This document shows positions 24,600 to 36,664 of a stretch of 64,000 nucleotides of DNA, in pieces. Position numbers and translations under genes: made by a program. The notes under the pieces were generated by a model. That model was not told the DNA's origin. It made no database searches and saw nothing but the letters and a program-made list of their open reading frames with translations. The stretch comes from Euprymna scolopes (lineage: Eukaryota), in assembly GCA_053919585.1 (NCBI GenBank), contig CM132801.1. One strand, written 5' to 3'. Position 1 is the first letter of the stretch; each line of letters opens with the position of its first letter.

Positions 24600-25210
24600 A
24601 CAACTATAAACCAATTAATTTGATAATTACAAAATGCCAACATTTCTTAAAGTTAGTGAGCAAACGCTACAACATCGACACACAAACTATTTAATAGAAA
24701 AACTCTAAAAATTACCCATCCATGCACTAAAAACATGGGCAATATAATTAATGTCCACATCACAAACAATAACCCGCCGAACAAACGAGACAAATCCTAA
24801 CACTGGTGGATGCAACCTCAGAAATAAATTTGGAGGAAAAAGCAATATTATCTACGTTGTCGAAAAGACGACTACTTTTGCTAACGGAGGATAAGAAAAA
24901 AAAAATCAGAAATCAGGACTTCCCCTGAAATTTGAGAGCAGAGATATTACAACCGCAAACACTTATTCTGAAATCCTGTACTAAAATACAAAATGGTCAT
25001 TAGCGGCCATTGAAAGAGTCTAAATGTATAATTTCTCACTAGATTTAATCTAAATCCAACTTCTTTAAAACGCTAAACGGTGGTGTAATCTATATTTAAG
25101 GGAAAAACTAAGAATCATAAGATACGTAAAAAAGAATATGTTATACCAATGGGACGAATTAATATCGAAATGCTGACACAAAAGTAAATTCAAAATAGCA
25201 TCGTAAACTA
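24600..25210 (+). mobile_element. Decayed Penelope-like element, linker + GIY-YIG region
   Basis: Frameshifted pieces FNRKTLKITHPCTKNMGNIINVH, GGCNLRNK, NIIY, QRYYNRKH, CNLYLREKLRII, RDELISKC*HKSKF follow the PLE C-terminal motif order. Confidence 0.75.
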
Positions 25211-28200
25211 GGCATCCAGTAAGATTTTTAAATTATTTTAAAATTAGTTTCATTCACAAAATCATCGTAACTAGGAATCTAAGAATTTAACTTAGATCTA
25301 TATCCCTAAACAAAGTATTTTATTTATTCATTCATAAAGTATTTGCATTTATAGAGCAAAAATAATCAACCAGAAGACTTAAGTATTTTCTTTTATATAT
25401 GTAGGTATGTGAATATAGTTTTGCGGATATTTTGTATATAATAATGTTTTAAAATATATTTAAAATAACTACTAGTTTTTTTTTCTAAATAATTTCGATT
25501 TACTAATTAACAGATTCAGAACTTAAGAACTTTTATATACGTGTGTGTATGTGTATGATGGTTTTATACAAACTAATTGTATTGATCCGGCGTCGCCAGG
25601 ACGGCACCATATTGCCAGGTAGATGACAGAAATAAGATTATCAGTCATGGAGAAAAAGATGTTGAGTTGAACTTTCGGTCTGAACCGACAACAATGTTCG
25701 AAGTTGAATCGATTTCAGAAAATAAAGAAAAATAGTTTCCGTTGTAAAGATTATGTTAGTGCACACAAACGCAACACATTCGCAAAAATGAGGTTAACGA
25801 AGGTGAAAACAAAGGTGGAGTGATACCCTTCATCCCACCAAAGCCGTTGATCGTGTATTGGGGAAAAATAAACCGCGNNNNNNNNNNNNNNNNNNNNNNN
25901 NNNNNNNNNNNNNNNNNNNNNNNNNNNNNNNNNNNNNNNNNNNNNNNNNNNNNNNNNNNNNNNNNNNNNNNNNNNNNNNNNNNNNNNNNNNNNNNNNNNN
26001 NNNNNNNNNNNNNNNNNNNNNNNNNNNNNNTCAAACGTGTATGAATTATTTTTGTAGGCTGATGATTTACTTCTGTGATGTATTTATGTATATTCTGTGT
26101 AGAAAGAAAACAATGAAATCTTGCAGTTCTTAATTGGCTTTTCTGACTCTAATTGCTATCCGAATCAGTGGAAGCAGAAATAATATTATCGATTCATGAA
26201 GATAAAGTTGTTGGCCGGGACATTCGGTCTGCCCATATTCAACCATACGCGTAGTTATATCAATATTTGAAGAAAATGATGGAAAATCGTCTTAGTTTAG
26301 AATGCAAGGAAAGGACGACAACATCGCGAAAATTAGATTCAAAATAGAAAAAAAATTTTAAAAAGAGATTTTTTCATTTATATATTTTAATTTTTAGAAT
26401 CTGAAAATATTCATTTGATTTCTTTAAAATATCTAAAACAAAATTTAAGTAAACAAACATTTCAGAAAGTTGGAGAACCATGTTGTTTCAAAGAGATGAA
26501 AGAATGAGATTCAAATTTGAGAAAAAATCCGAAAAAAAGAGATGTTGCTATTTTTTCTTTTACATTTTTAATTTTTAGAACCTGAAAATTTTATCTTCAT
26601 TTGATGTTAATCTTAAAAAAAAAATTTAGCAGACAGAAAACAACACACCAATCCCTCAAACAGAATCCAGTGAACATCTTCATCCCTGCCCTCATTGTCT
26701 TTACCATAACTAAGTGTTCTGTACGACGACCCGCTGATACAAAGACTCGATCTGGTCTTGCTGACCACCATAACTGATTGTCCAGAATCTCAGTCATTGT
26801 TGGTGTCAGAAATTAACAAACAGACGGTCATCAAAATATCATTTCACATGTCAGCCATCATTCCCTCGAGACACAAAGAAGACAGACCATGATCATTTTG
26901 GTCACCAGATTATAAAGATGTAATCTGATGTCAATGATGAAGAAACGTTGATGCCGATAAACAAACAAAAACAGAATGTGATAAGTCTTCTTAGACCCAA
27001 GAGTAAGATTATATATATTTTTTTCGAATAGAATCACTTATACATTTTTTATATCTAAAACTGTTTGTAGTAATGAAGTTACGAAAGAAAAACAAACCAT
27101 TGCGTAGTATATTTAACAAGAAATAAAGGAATAAAAAAACCAAACGAATTTACAAAAAATAACTTTTACCAAACGCAAGAAAATTTAATCGATCTGCGTT
27201 ATTTTTCATTTTTTCCTGATTTTGTATCGTAGCCTATAAGACTTAAAAATAACACGAGTCAATGGTTCATTATAGCACAAAATATTTTGAAACGAAGAAC
27301 TTAAAAACAGTTTCAGTATGTTATAAATATACAGATCCGTTGAAAATTAAACATTTGACCGATTGATTACAATTATTACTTGTATTTTGTTTAATTGTCA
27401 ATTTTTAAATTGGTAAACATACGACATCGACTCTTCACATTGACTAAAAAAATAAGTAATCTTGAATTTGTATTTTTCAAAGCCGTCTAGGCTGCAATAC
27501 AAAATCTGACCCCCCCCGCCCCCCAAAACAGTAGGATTTAAAAAGTTCAAAAACTACGCAAATCGATATAAGATTAAATTTGCTTGCATTTGATAAAGGT
27601 TATTTGTTTCCAATTTGTTTTTTTCTTCTTTTCTTTCTGTTACCTATACTGCACAATCGCCGAGAAGATATTCTGCCGAAAATTTGTTTGCTTTAGATTC
27701 TGTCTATTTTATGACATTTTATAAGTCTTTGGATCTTTGAGTGCCGAGACATCATAATTATTGAAAACGATTCGTTGCATGCGATGGATTGAACACAAGT
27801 TGCTGTTTCAGAAAGTCCTCATCAGTCATCCAGCACCTGTCAAAGTAACTACAGGGTGACCCTCTAAAACTGAGACCGATGGAATCGTTCATAAGTTTCA
27901 AAACCCTTTCTGCAAACCAACCATATTTCGTAAAAATAAGCTTGAGTTTATATTTGACGAATCCACCAAGTTTTCGTTATGAATATTCAACAGTCATTGT
28001 TTTATCGTCGTTCAGTGAAAATTATCCTCTCCCTCTCTCCTCTCTTTCCATTCCTTCTTCTCTTTCAACTCTTTCTTCTCTCTCTCTCTATCTATCTCTC
28101 TCTTTCTCTCTCCCTCTCTTTCCTTTCTATCCATTTCAATCTTTTATTTACATCATTACATTCCTCTCACCATTTCTACCATCATTCGCCTTCAAGTTAC

Positions 28201-28282
28201 GTTATTCGCTATTCCTCCCACCATCTAAAACTTTCATGCACACGTGAAGTATGCACGGTGACAAGCAAGACAACATAAACGA

Positions 28283-28558
28283 GGTGATGGTGGCTAAGTC
28301 CAATAAGAACTGGCAACCTGAATGTTTCAATCCATTCCGTTCCACTGAAATATCTTCACTTAAGGATGTTAGCAACCTCTACATGACCCTTTCTCTAAGT
28401 ACCTGATGTCTTTTTAGAAAGAATTCTATCTAGAAAGATATCGGGAAAACGAAAGCCAACAATATTCACTTGATTCATTTGAAATGAATGAATAAATGAA
28501 TGGATGGTGCCCAACAACAACAACAACAACAACAACAGCAACAGCAACAACAACAACA
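28283..28558 (+). mobile_element. tRNA-derived SINE with a (CAA)n tail
   Basis: GGTGATGGTGGCTAAGT A-box-like start, decayed B box, body shared with 29808-30060, (CAA/CAG)n tail. Confidence 0.6.
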
Positions 28559-28661
28559 TCATGAGAGTTTTAGAGGGTTTTCTGAGTTTGTTCACAAAAA
28601 CGATTTGGCATCTCTAGTGCTTTTTCTTAAAAAAAAAAAAACTAGTTTGGAGCAACTTTTT

Positions 28662-28808
28662 GATGCTACTACACAATACGAACTAAACTGATTGTATACA
28701 CCCAAACCCTAATGTAACTAACCTAACCTTAACCGAACCTTAATTTAACCCTAACCTAAGATTTAGGTTTAGTTCCGCAAAAGTTTGGTTCATATTTGTA
28801 GAAGTGCC
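28662..28808. mobile_element. MITE with internal (TAACC[C/T])-like repeats
   Basis: Imperfect TIRs of about 24 bp (right end reverse complement GGCACTTCTACAAATATGAACCAAAC), candidate 8-bp TSD AACTTTTT/AACATTTT; related copies at about 54875-55005 and 56235-56345. Confidence 0.55.
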
Positions 28809-28902
28809 AACATTTTGTTCTGTTATTTTTAGTCTTTTCAAAGCTCATTTTGAGCACTAGCAGGACCTGCTGGAAACCCATGGTTGCTTACCTACCAGCT
28901 TC

Positions 28903-28933
<31 letters not shown>

Positions 28934-29019
28934 CCGTACAAACACTTGTCAGTTTAATGTATTCAAATTAAAAAAAAAATTTCATCTTTTCATCTGTCTA
29001 TATATTTAACAATTAAAAT

Positions 29020-29617
29020 TACTTCAACACAAGTGAAGCATGCATGGTTTCCCGTGAGTGCACAGTGAACAAGGTATACAAAATGACTAAGTTCATCATG
29101 TGCCCCCCCATTTACCCCCAGAGTCCCCAAGACCTTAACATATTTAAATATAAGTTCAGCACCATGCAAAACTGCTAAATAGACATACACAAAAAATTTT
29201 GGACAAATATAGTCCTCAAAATGGAGTGTTTTTATTAGCCCTAAAAGAGCCCCTGGGGCACACACACCCAAGAGTTATCGCGAAGTAAAGACAAAGAAAA
29301 TTATATAGAAATCAGTTAGTTATAACTTTTCATAAAGTTTTATAAAAATCCAAGGCATCAATTTTCTTTATTAAGCATAAAAGTGTCAATCGTAGCCATT
29401 TTAATCCGAAAGTCACCTGTAGGGGGACAACCGGAGTTTTCCCGGAAAATCCGTTCTGTTACTTTTTTTTTACTCATATCATGTTTAATGTTTATGCAAA
29501 ATTTCAAAAAATTCCAAGGCGTAGTTATTGAGAAAAATGCAGACAGACGAACAACGAACAACGAACGGACAAGGGTGAATTTACAGGTCCACCCTCCTTT
29601 TGTCGGGGGACCAAATA
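29020..29617 (-). mobile_element. DINE-1/HINE-like element, copy 3 (least decayed)
   Basis: Minus strand TTTGGTCCCCCGACAAAAGGAGGGTGGACC, (GTTC/GTCT) microsatellite, 3' CGGGAAACC plus CTTCACTTGTGTTGAAG stem-loop. Confidence 0.75.
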
Positions 29618-29807
29618 AATAATTTACTTGTTTCAAATTAGATACATTGAAATAAAACGACTGCAAAGAATATGTTGTAAAACTGTTTAAATTGACGACA
29701 GAATTTTATGCACGACAGTTCATTTGATTTTAAAACAATACCGTTTGAAATGAATAAAATTAAAGAGTTTTAAATAAGCAGCGAAATTAGCGACTTTTTG
29801 GTTACTT

Positions 29808-30060
29808 TTGTTGTTTTTGTTGTTGTTGTTAAGCTTCAGTTATTCATTTCGAATGACTCAGATGATTATTATTGGCACGCGTTTCCCTGATATCTTTCTA
29901 GTTAGAATCCTTTCTAGAAAAACATCAGCCACTTACCGAAAGGATCATGTGAAGGTTGCCAACATTCCTGCCTGAAAGTGTTTGCGTAAAACGAACTGGA
30001 TTCGAACCTAACACACTCACTTTGTCAGTTCGTGTCGCTAAATATTAAGCCATTATCACC
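29808..30060 (-). mobile_element. tRNA-derived SINE with a (CAA)n tail, second copy
   Basis: Minus strand GGTGATAATGGCTTAAT...AGGTTCGAATCC B box; body homologous to 28283-28558. Confidence 0.7.
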
Positions 30061-30212
30061 TTTTACCTTTTGCATTTCATCTTTGGCGATCGAATGATCT
30101 CACATTTTGGAAATGGGTGTGAACGGTGATAACGTACGCATGAACACGTATTATTATGCAGATTTGTAAGAAACAATTTTTGATCTTATTTATTATTTTT
30201 ATCGGAATCCTC

Positions 30213-30591
30213 TGAGATGAGTATTTTGTGCATTCATTCTTTTTTACGGACTGTTATCCTCATCTATATAGTAGTTGCTGTCTCACCACGTTTTGGCCAA
30301 CTAATCCTCTGGCCTGCCTTGGGGAGGATTGAAACCGCTATCTTGAGACAATGCTCACTTGGAACCGGAGAGACTTAACGCCTTTATCCACTGCATCACG
30401 GGCTCCGAAGGCACAGTGGGTAGGAGCTACGGCTCCAGGTGAGTATTTCAATCCTACCAAAACAGGATTAATTGGCCAAAATGTGTTGAGACAACAACAA
30501 CTATGGAAGGCAGTAATTACTGGGAATAGTTTAAAAACTCAACATTCCTATCCCGTTGCGGTTAACCATCTGAAGAAGGCCAGAGGATGAG
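30213..30591. mobile_element. Foldback Penelope-derived element, family B (right arm lost in a gap)
   Basis: Starts GAGATGAG like 40938. Left arm CACGTTTTGGCCAACTAATCCTCTGGCCT is the inverse of the right-arm CTGAAGAAGGCCAGAGGAT running into Ns. Confidence 0.6.
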
Positions 30592-31115
30592 NNNNNNNNN
30601 NNNNNNNNNNNNNNNNNNNNNNNNNNNNNNNNNNNNNNNNNNNNNNNNNNNNNNNNNNNNNNNNNNNNNNNNNNNNNNNNNNNNNNNNNNNNNNNNNNNN
30701 NNNNNNNNNNNNNNNNNNNNNNNNNNNNNNNNNNNNNNNNNNNNNNNNNNNNNNNNNNNNNNNNNNNNNNNNNNNNNNNNNNNNNNNNNNNNNNNNNNNN
30801 NNNNNNNNNNNNNNNNNNNNNNNNNNNNNNNNNNNNNNNNNNNNNNNNNNNNNNNNNNNNNNNNNNNNNNNNNNNNNNNNNNNNNNNNNNNNNTCCGCAA
30901 AAAAAAAAAAAAATGAATTTTTGATCTTATTTAAAATAATATTTGAATCTTAAAAAGATATTAAGGTATTTTAACATGAGTTCATATTTTATCTCAAGGT
31001 TTGAAATTCATAATTGTGATTTTTTTTTATTGGTTGTAGCGTCATTATCAGCTGGTGACGTTCTGTAGGTTTATCTCTATTTGTAACATTACACACATTT
31101 ACACACGTGTTTATA

Positions 31116-31375
31116 TGTAAAGACGCAGCACGTTGTAGACTCTGTCGCAAGGAACGTAAGAAAGAAAGAGGAAATAACTTACACTCGTTGTTTCAGGTTT
31201 TAACAACAGACCTTTATTCCTCCTTCTCCGGCCACGCTTGACTCCACGTCTCAGAATGTGGTCGTAATCCGCACGCACGTTCTTCGTTTAATCTTTTTTC
31301 TTGCCGTGACGTCATCTCGCACACGGCTCGGGTATTTGCATACAGCTGCTATACGCGCATCCACGCTCTGCTACA
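31116..31375 (-). mobile_element. Solo LTR (Gypsy-like)
   Basis: TGTA...TACA termini, flanks TATA / TATG (4-bp TSD with one mismatch), AATAAA on the minus strand near 31213-31218, 260 bp. Confidence 0.65.
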
Positions 31376-31995
31376 TATGGAAACAAGGGATTTCACATGA
31401 TATTATGATAGTTTATACGCCGAATTTTCTATAAAATACCCCCCTCCTTAAAAAAAAAAAAAAAAAAGAGAAGAAAAAGAAGAAAAGAGTAGACACATCT
31501 GAGCCTGTAATCTAGTCATAGTGAGCAAGTTCAGAGGTTACGAGGTCACTTCATGAAAAATATCATTTGACATTGGCATGACTGTACAGTTGAGGGTTCA
31601 AACGACACTGTTAGTTAAATGAAATTAAGACTAAGAACGTGATGCGATGACTTTCTGCATGTTTCCCCCCATTTTTTGAGAAGAATATTGGCCTACTTTT
31701 AAGTATCATCGTAAATCGAAGTGTGAAACATTTTCTGGATCAACCACAAAATGAAAACAGTCATTCTGCTTGTTCCTATTTACTATGCCTCCCCACGGGA
31801 CAGAGTTAGACACCAGGGTCGTTTTTAACGTGGAGAAAAGGAACAAAAATAAAAATTGTCCCAGTCGTGAAGGATTTCTCCTCCACTGACAGAGAACAAG
31901 AAATTGAGGTCCAGCATCTGAAGAACAGATACTACACTTTGATCTTGTCTCGAAGGCCACTGCTTGTTATACTGCGTAGGGCAGGGATTATTTTA

Positions 31996-32068
<73 letters not shown>

Positions 32069-32562
32069 AAGATGGATAAAATTAATTCCACGAACAAAAC
32101 AAAGTAGATTTGCTCCAATTTCATATCCTCTTACGAAAATCAAAATCTTAATGTTACTCAATCTTATGTCTAGAATCCTTATCCCACTTTTAAAACAAAA
32201 TCCGTGATATTTTAATTCTAGAAAATTTAAGTTAATGGGTCTCGAGAAGAAAGTAAAATTCAGGAAATCTTGCTTTATAGTTTAATGACTATAGATCAAA
32301 TTTAATGCAAATCTGAAATATTTTGATTTTCAAATGGAAGTCTGTGCTCATATTTGTCCCTGAGATCATTTAAAATGTCCCGAAGAAATGAAATTTTTTT
32401 GAATATTTATTAATTGATGTCTAATAAAGATTCACAAAAATCCGGGTATCTAAATTTTATTTTTATAATCCCTTTCCCCTCTGCATATAAAATATTTTAA
32501 ACTAAATAAGCCCACGTTATCATCCCTCACGCATAGCAGCTGTGTTCTAAATTCAGAATTTA

Positions 32563-32634
32563 AGAAAACTCGTCTCCGAAAAACTCGTCCCCAGAAAACT
32601 CGTTCCCGGAAAACTCGTATCCGGAAAACTCGTC
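32563..32634. repeat. 15-bp tandem repeat x5 (GAAAACTCGTNNCCG)
   Basis: Five consecutive AAAACTCGT cores at 15-bp spacing, probably sub-terminal repeats of a DNA transposon. Confidence 0.8.
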
Positions 32635-33592
32635 TTTTTTTGTTAGGTAGGAAAACTGGTCCTTTATTGAATAAATATCGATTGAAAACACATTTTATAA
32701 CCGTTATGAAAGGAGATATTGTTTTCAAGAGACTATACCCTTATAATATTTTTGAAAATTTTTTTTACTTGTTTACTGTTGTTTTAAAAAAATAAAATCG
32801 ATTTCCTAAGTGTCCATTTTCTACCTAACTGACTAAGTTGTTAGTGGTTTTACTTATTTTAAAGCGTTTATTCTGTTCAAAAACGAGACTACAGACTGTG
32901 TAATATTTTTTTAAAATATTTATACTTATTTACTGTTGTTTTTAAAAGGGCAAAATCGAATTTTCTACCTAGCTGGCTAAGTTGTTAGTGGTTTAATTTA
33001 TTTTGAAACGTTTACTCAGTAACACAAAAACAACAACAAAAACAAAAAAAAAACACACAAAAAACACAAACAAAAAACAAGTCTTTATTGATTACTTAAT
33101 CTGTTAACGATGTTGAAGTAAAACTTAATCTGTTTAACAATGTTGAAGTAAAAATTAAAAAAATTAAAAGTGAGTTAACGAGGGATTTTTAACATACAGC
33201 ATCTCTCGCGCCAAAAAATGTTTCGCTTTTTATTTATTAGTTGATTACAAAATAATGACTCGTGCACCACCGCCGAGAATCGAAATCATAACGTTTAGCT
33301 TACGATTTACTTTTTCCTTTGACGTTTATGCCTGAGCTATGAAGACATGTTTGTCGCAAGGCTAAAAATTAAAACATGAACCAATAGCTATTACGTTACA
33401 CATGCATATTCGTAATGCCGTCGTTTGACCTTCACATGGCGAATTACATTTTTTTAATTTTCACACTTTTGTACCGATTTTCCAAGGTTATAACCCAGAC
33501 ATAGGTTCACATAGGTTCGAATACCCTATATATTAAGTTTCATGTCTGTAAACCAAAAATTGACAGAGGAGTTTGGTAGGTAACATTTTTAT

Positions 33593-33628
<36 letters not shown>

Positions 33629-34319
33629 GCATACATAAATATATATATATAGAAAGAGGTTTGTGCTTACTATAATCTTTTTACGCAAGTATAAATCATG
33701 TAGAATATCTGCATGAATATAATTACACGTAATAGTTAACTAAAGACGATCATCACATAAGAAAACTGAAAAAACTAATAGGGAATTAATTAAAATGAAT
33801 ATTTTAAAAAATATGCAAATTAGCTAGATCTTTTGCAGATGAATACAATTCCACGACCAATATATAACAAAGTTGTAATTTACTTCTATATATTTAATAT
33901 TATTTTTGCACCAACCTGATATTATTGAAAATAAATAAAACATTTACGCTTTTTGAACAAATCTGTTTTTTCAAGATACAAACGTTCGAAATAGAAATTA
34001 CCTCAATTTTCGGCTGTTTTTACTTCTTTTTACTTTTTTGCATTTTATTAAAAACAAATAATTCAAATAAATTATTGTCGTAGTAAAATTACAGGTTAAA
34101 AGATAACGGTTGTGCATTTGTAAACAAAAATTTTAAAAATAATAAAATATGGCAAACGCAGTAGAATGAAATTTTCTATATTTTATTTCAGAATTTTATT
34201 TCAATATATGTGAGCCAATACAACACGAAAACCAAAATGGCGGTCGAGATTACTGCTTACTTAAATCAGAAGTATCGACACCCTTTAAATTGGACAGATA
34301 GCACTTCATAGAGATGTGT

Positions 34320-34820
34320 GATAGACCGATGAAAATGTTATTTCAAATTTAAGCAAGATAGACCGACGAGATAGGCCAACAGAAATGCTACTTAGTACTT
34401 AAACTTGACTAACCAACAGAAATTATATTTTAAACTTAAGCGTGACAGACCAAAGAAAATGCTATTCTAACATTAAACGTGAGAGATCGATGAAAATGCT
34501 ATTTGAAAATTAAGCGAGCCTAACCAACAAAAATGCTATATTCTAATCGTCTAACCAATGAAAATATTGTTTGAAATGTAAGCGTACCTGATGAAATACT
34601 ATTTCAAAGTTAAGCGTGGCTGAGCAACAATAATATTAATTTAAGCCTAAGTGTAACAGACCGAAGAAAATTAAACGTGATTGAATACCGAAAATTCTAT
34701 TTCAAATAAACTTAAACATCACTGATCAGCGAAAATTATATTGTATTCTTAAACGTGACAGACCGATTAAAATGCTATTTCAAAGCGAAGTTAGATAGAC
34801 CAAAGGAAATGTTATTTAGA
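34320..34820. repeat. Degenerate minisatellite, unit about 37 bp, roughly 13 copies
   Basis: Consensus about GACAGACCGATGAAAATGCTATTTCAAACTTAAGCGT. Confidence 0.75.
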
Positions 34821-35183
34821 ACTGAAGGAGGAGGGGGACCAACCGACGGACGGAACTTCATGTAGAAGTTCAAGGACACATCTAAACGCAAACAAACCTT
34901 TAAGTCATCGCCTATTGCCACTTAAATGCCCCAGGGCATTTCGAGTAATCTTAGCGGGGGGTAGAAAGACAGTGTGTTGCTGCTTTCTGCAAAGCGGACA
35001 GATTGACACCGGGCGTCAAATGAAATACTCAGCCCGACTTCCATCGGTCGACGTCCCGTGAGAGTTGAAGCTGATTCAAAGATGGTTGAAACGTCCCTAT
35101 TCCGGTTACCTCCGCTACCGCAGAGACGTAAGTACGACGTTTCGAATGATCAGCTGAGCGTTGAGTTGACCCCTTTCTTGTAT

Positions 35184-35186
<3 letters not shown>

Positions 35187-35272
<86 letters not shown>

Positions 35273-35458
35273 GCCTGGGCAAGAGCCAACAGTTTCGTCC
35301 CTGGAATCAGTTTACTGGTCTTGGCTCACTGTGAATGCGGCGAACACTTGCTGGGGAAAGGGCCACCAATCTCTGCCAAGAATCACTTGGGACGTTTTCT
35401 TTTGAACGGTGATGGAAGCTAGATAGGTAGATAGGTAGGTAGGTAGGTAGGTAGGTAG

Positions 35459-35504
<46 letters not shown>
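35187..35504. repeat. (AG)n and (AGGT)n microsatellites
   Basis: (AG)n at 35187-35270; (AGGT)n then (AG)n at 35421-35504. Confidence 0.95.
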
Positions 35505-35505
<1 letters not shown>

Positions 35506-35881
35506 CAGGGGAAGGAGAATAAGAATAAGAATTATTATTTGGCCGCTGGTGGATGTCAACAGAGATTCACTTTCAATATGTTATTGTTGACAAGAAGTTC
35601 GAAGCAAGTCCATATAATATACAAGCAAGAAGATACTGAAAGACCCTTTAATAAGTGCAAGGCAGTTGGACACACACATGTAATAATGTATCCCTTAGAA
35701 GAGGCTCTTGTAAAAAAACAAAAACAAAAAAAACAGACACACAACAGTGGAAAAAAGGATAATTGGAACAAAATAATAAAACCAAAAATGGGTTACGAAA
35801 ACAAATATACAACAAATAAATATTACCAAAGGCAAGATAAGTAGTTTTTCTGCCTATCTGAGTAAGTTCTTTTTGTGATTG

Positions 35882-36200
35882 AAAGCGTTTTTGTTTTAAC
35901 AGAAACTGTATGTCCACTTTGTTTAATTAGAACGAAAAAAAATGGTCTGCCATAAGCATTGCATGAGGACTCACGATAATCGTTCAAAAATCGAAAATTA
36001 ATCAAAATACTAACAGAACATTGCATCTTCGCACGAATGGTGATATTTGTCAGACGTATTTTTATCAGAATTTTGTTTAATTTTCGATTTTTGAACGATT
36101 ATCAAGAATCCTCGTGTAATGTGTATGAAAGTCATGTTCTTTCCGTTCTAACTGAACAGAATGGGCACGAGGTTTCTGTTGAACAAACAACAAAGCGCTT
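35882..36200. mobile_element. Foldback/MITE with inverted arms of about 135 bp
   Basis: GATAATCGTTCAAAAATCGAAAATTAA versus TTAATTTTCGATTTTTGAACGATTATC, extending outward to AAAGCG.../...CGCTTT. Confidence 0.8.
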
Positions 36201-36611
36201 TAAAATATGCAGAACACACACATACACACACAACTACCGAGGTAGGTAGAATAGTAATTTATACTCGCTTCTTCATTATTGTTGGTACAGTAGTTAGATA
36301 TGTCAATTCCCATCTTTACCTAGCTTATGCCGTTTATAGCTCGCACGAAAGAAAATATTTGTGAAGTTTTGTTGAAAGAATGACACTACTTAGTATTTAC
36401 ATGACGGAGTAAATAACTACGATCAATACATATAATTTTATTAGAAAAAACACACACACAAACATTAAAATATGATTTTAAGCAAAAATTAATTCGCTTT
36501 GAACTAAACATTTTATGTTTACCTTTTTGCAGATTATTATTATTGTTTACTTAGTTTAAAAATATATTTATGTAAAGTTTTTATGTTAGTATATGTTATT
36601 AATTCATTTAA

Positions 36612-36664
<53 letters not shown>

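Noticed and set aside
26640-26712. HPCPHC as a zinc-finger exon
   Set aside because: A stop codon follows within a few codons and there is no complete C2H2 pattern.
28700-28770. Interstitial telomere
   Set aside because: The repeats are short, irregular and enclosed by TIRs, with dispersed paralogues, so they are better explained as MITE-internal.
34320-34820. 37-bp periodicity as a CRISPR array
   Set aside because: The whole unit is degenerately repeated, with no constant-repeat/unique-spacer alternation.
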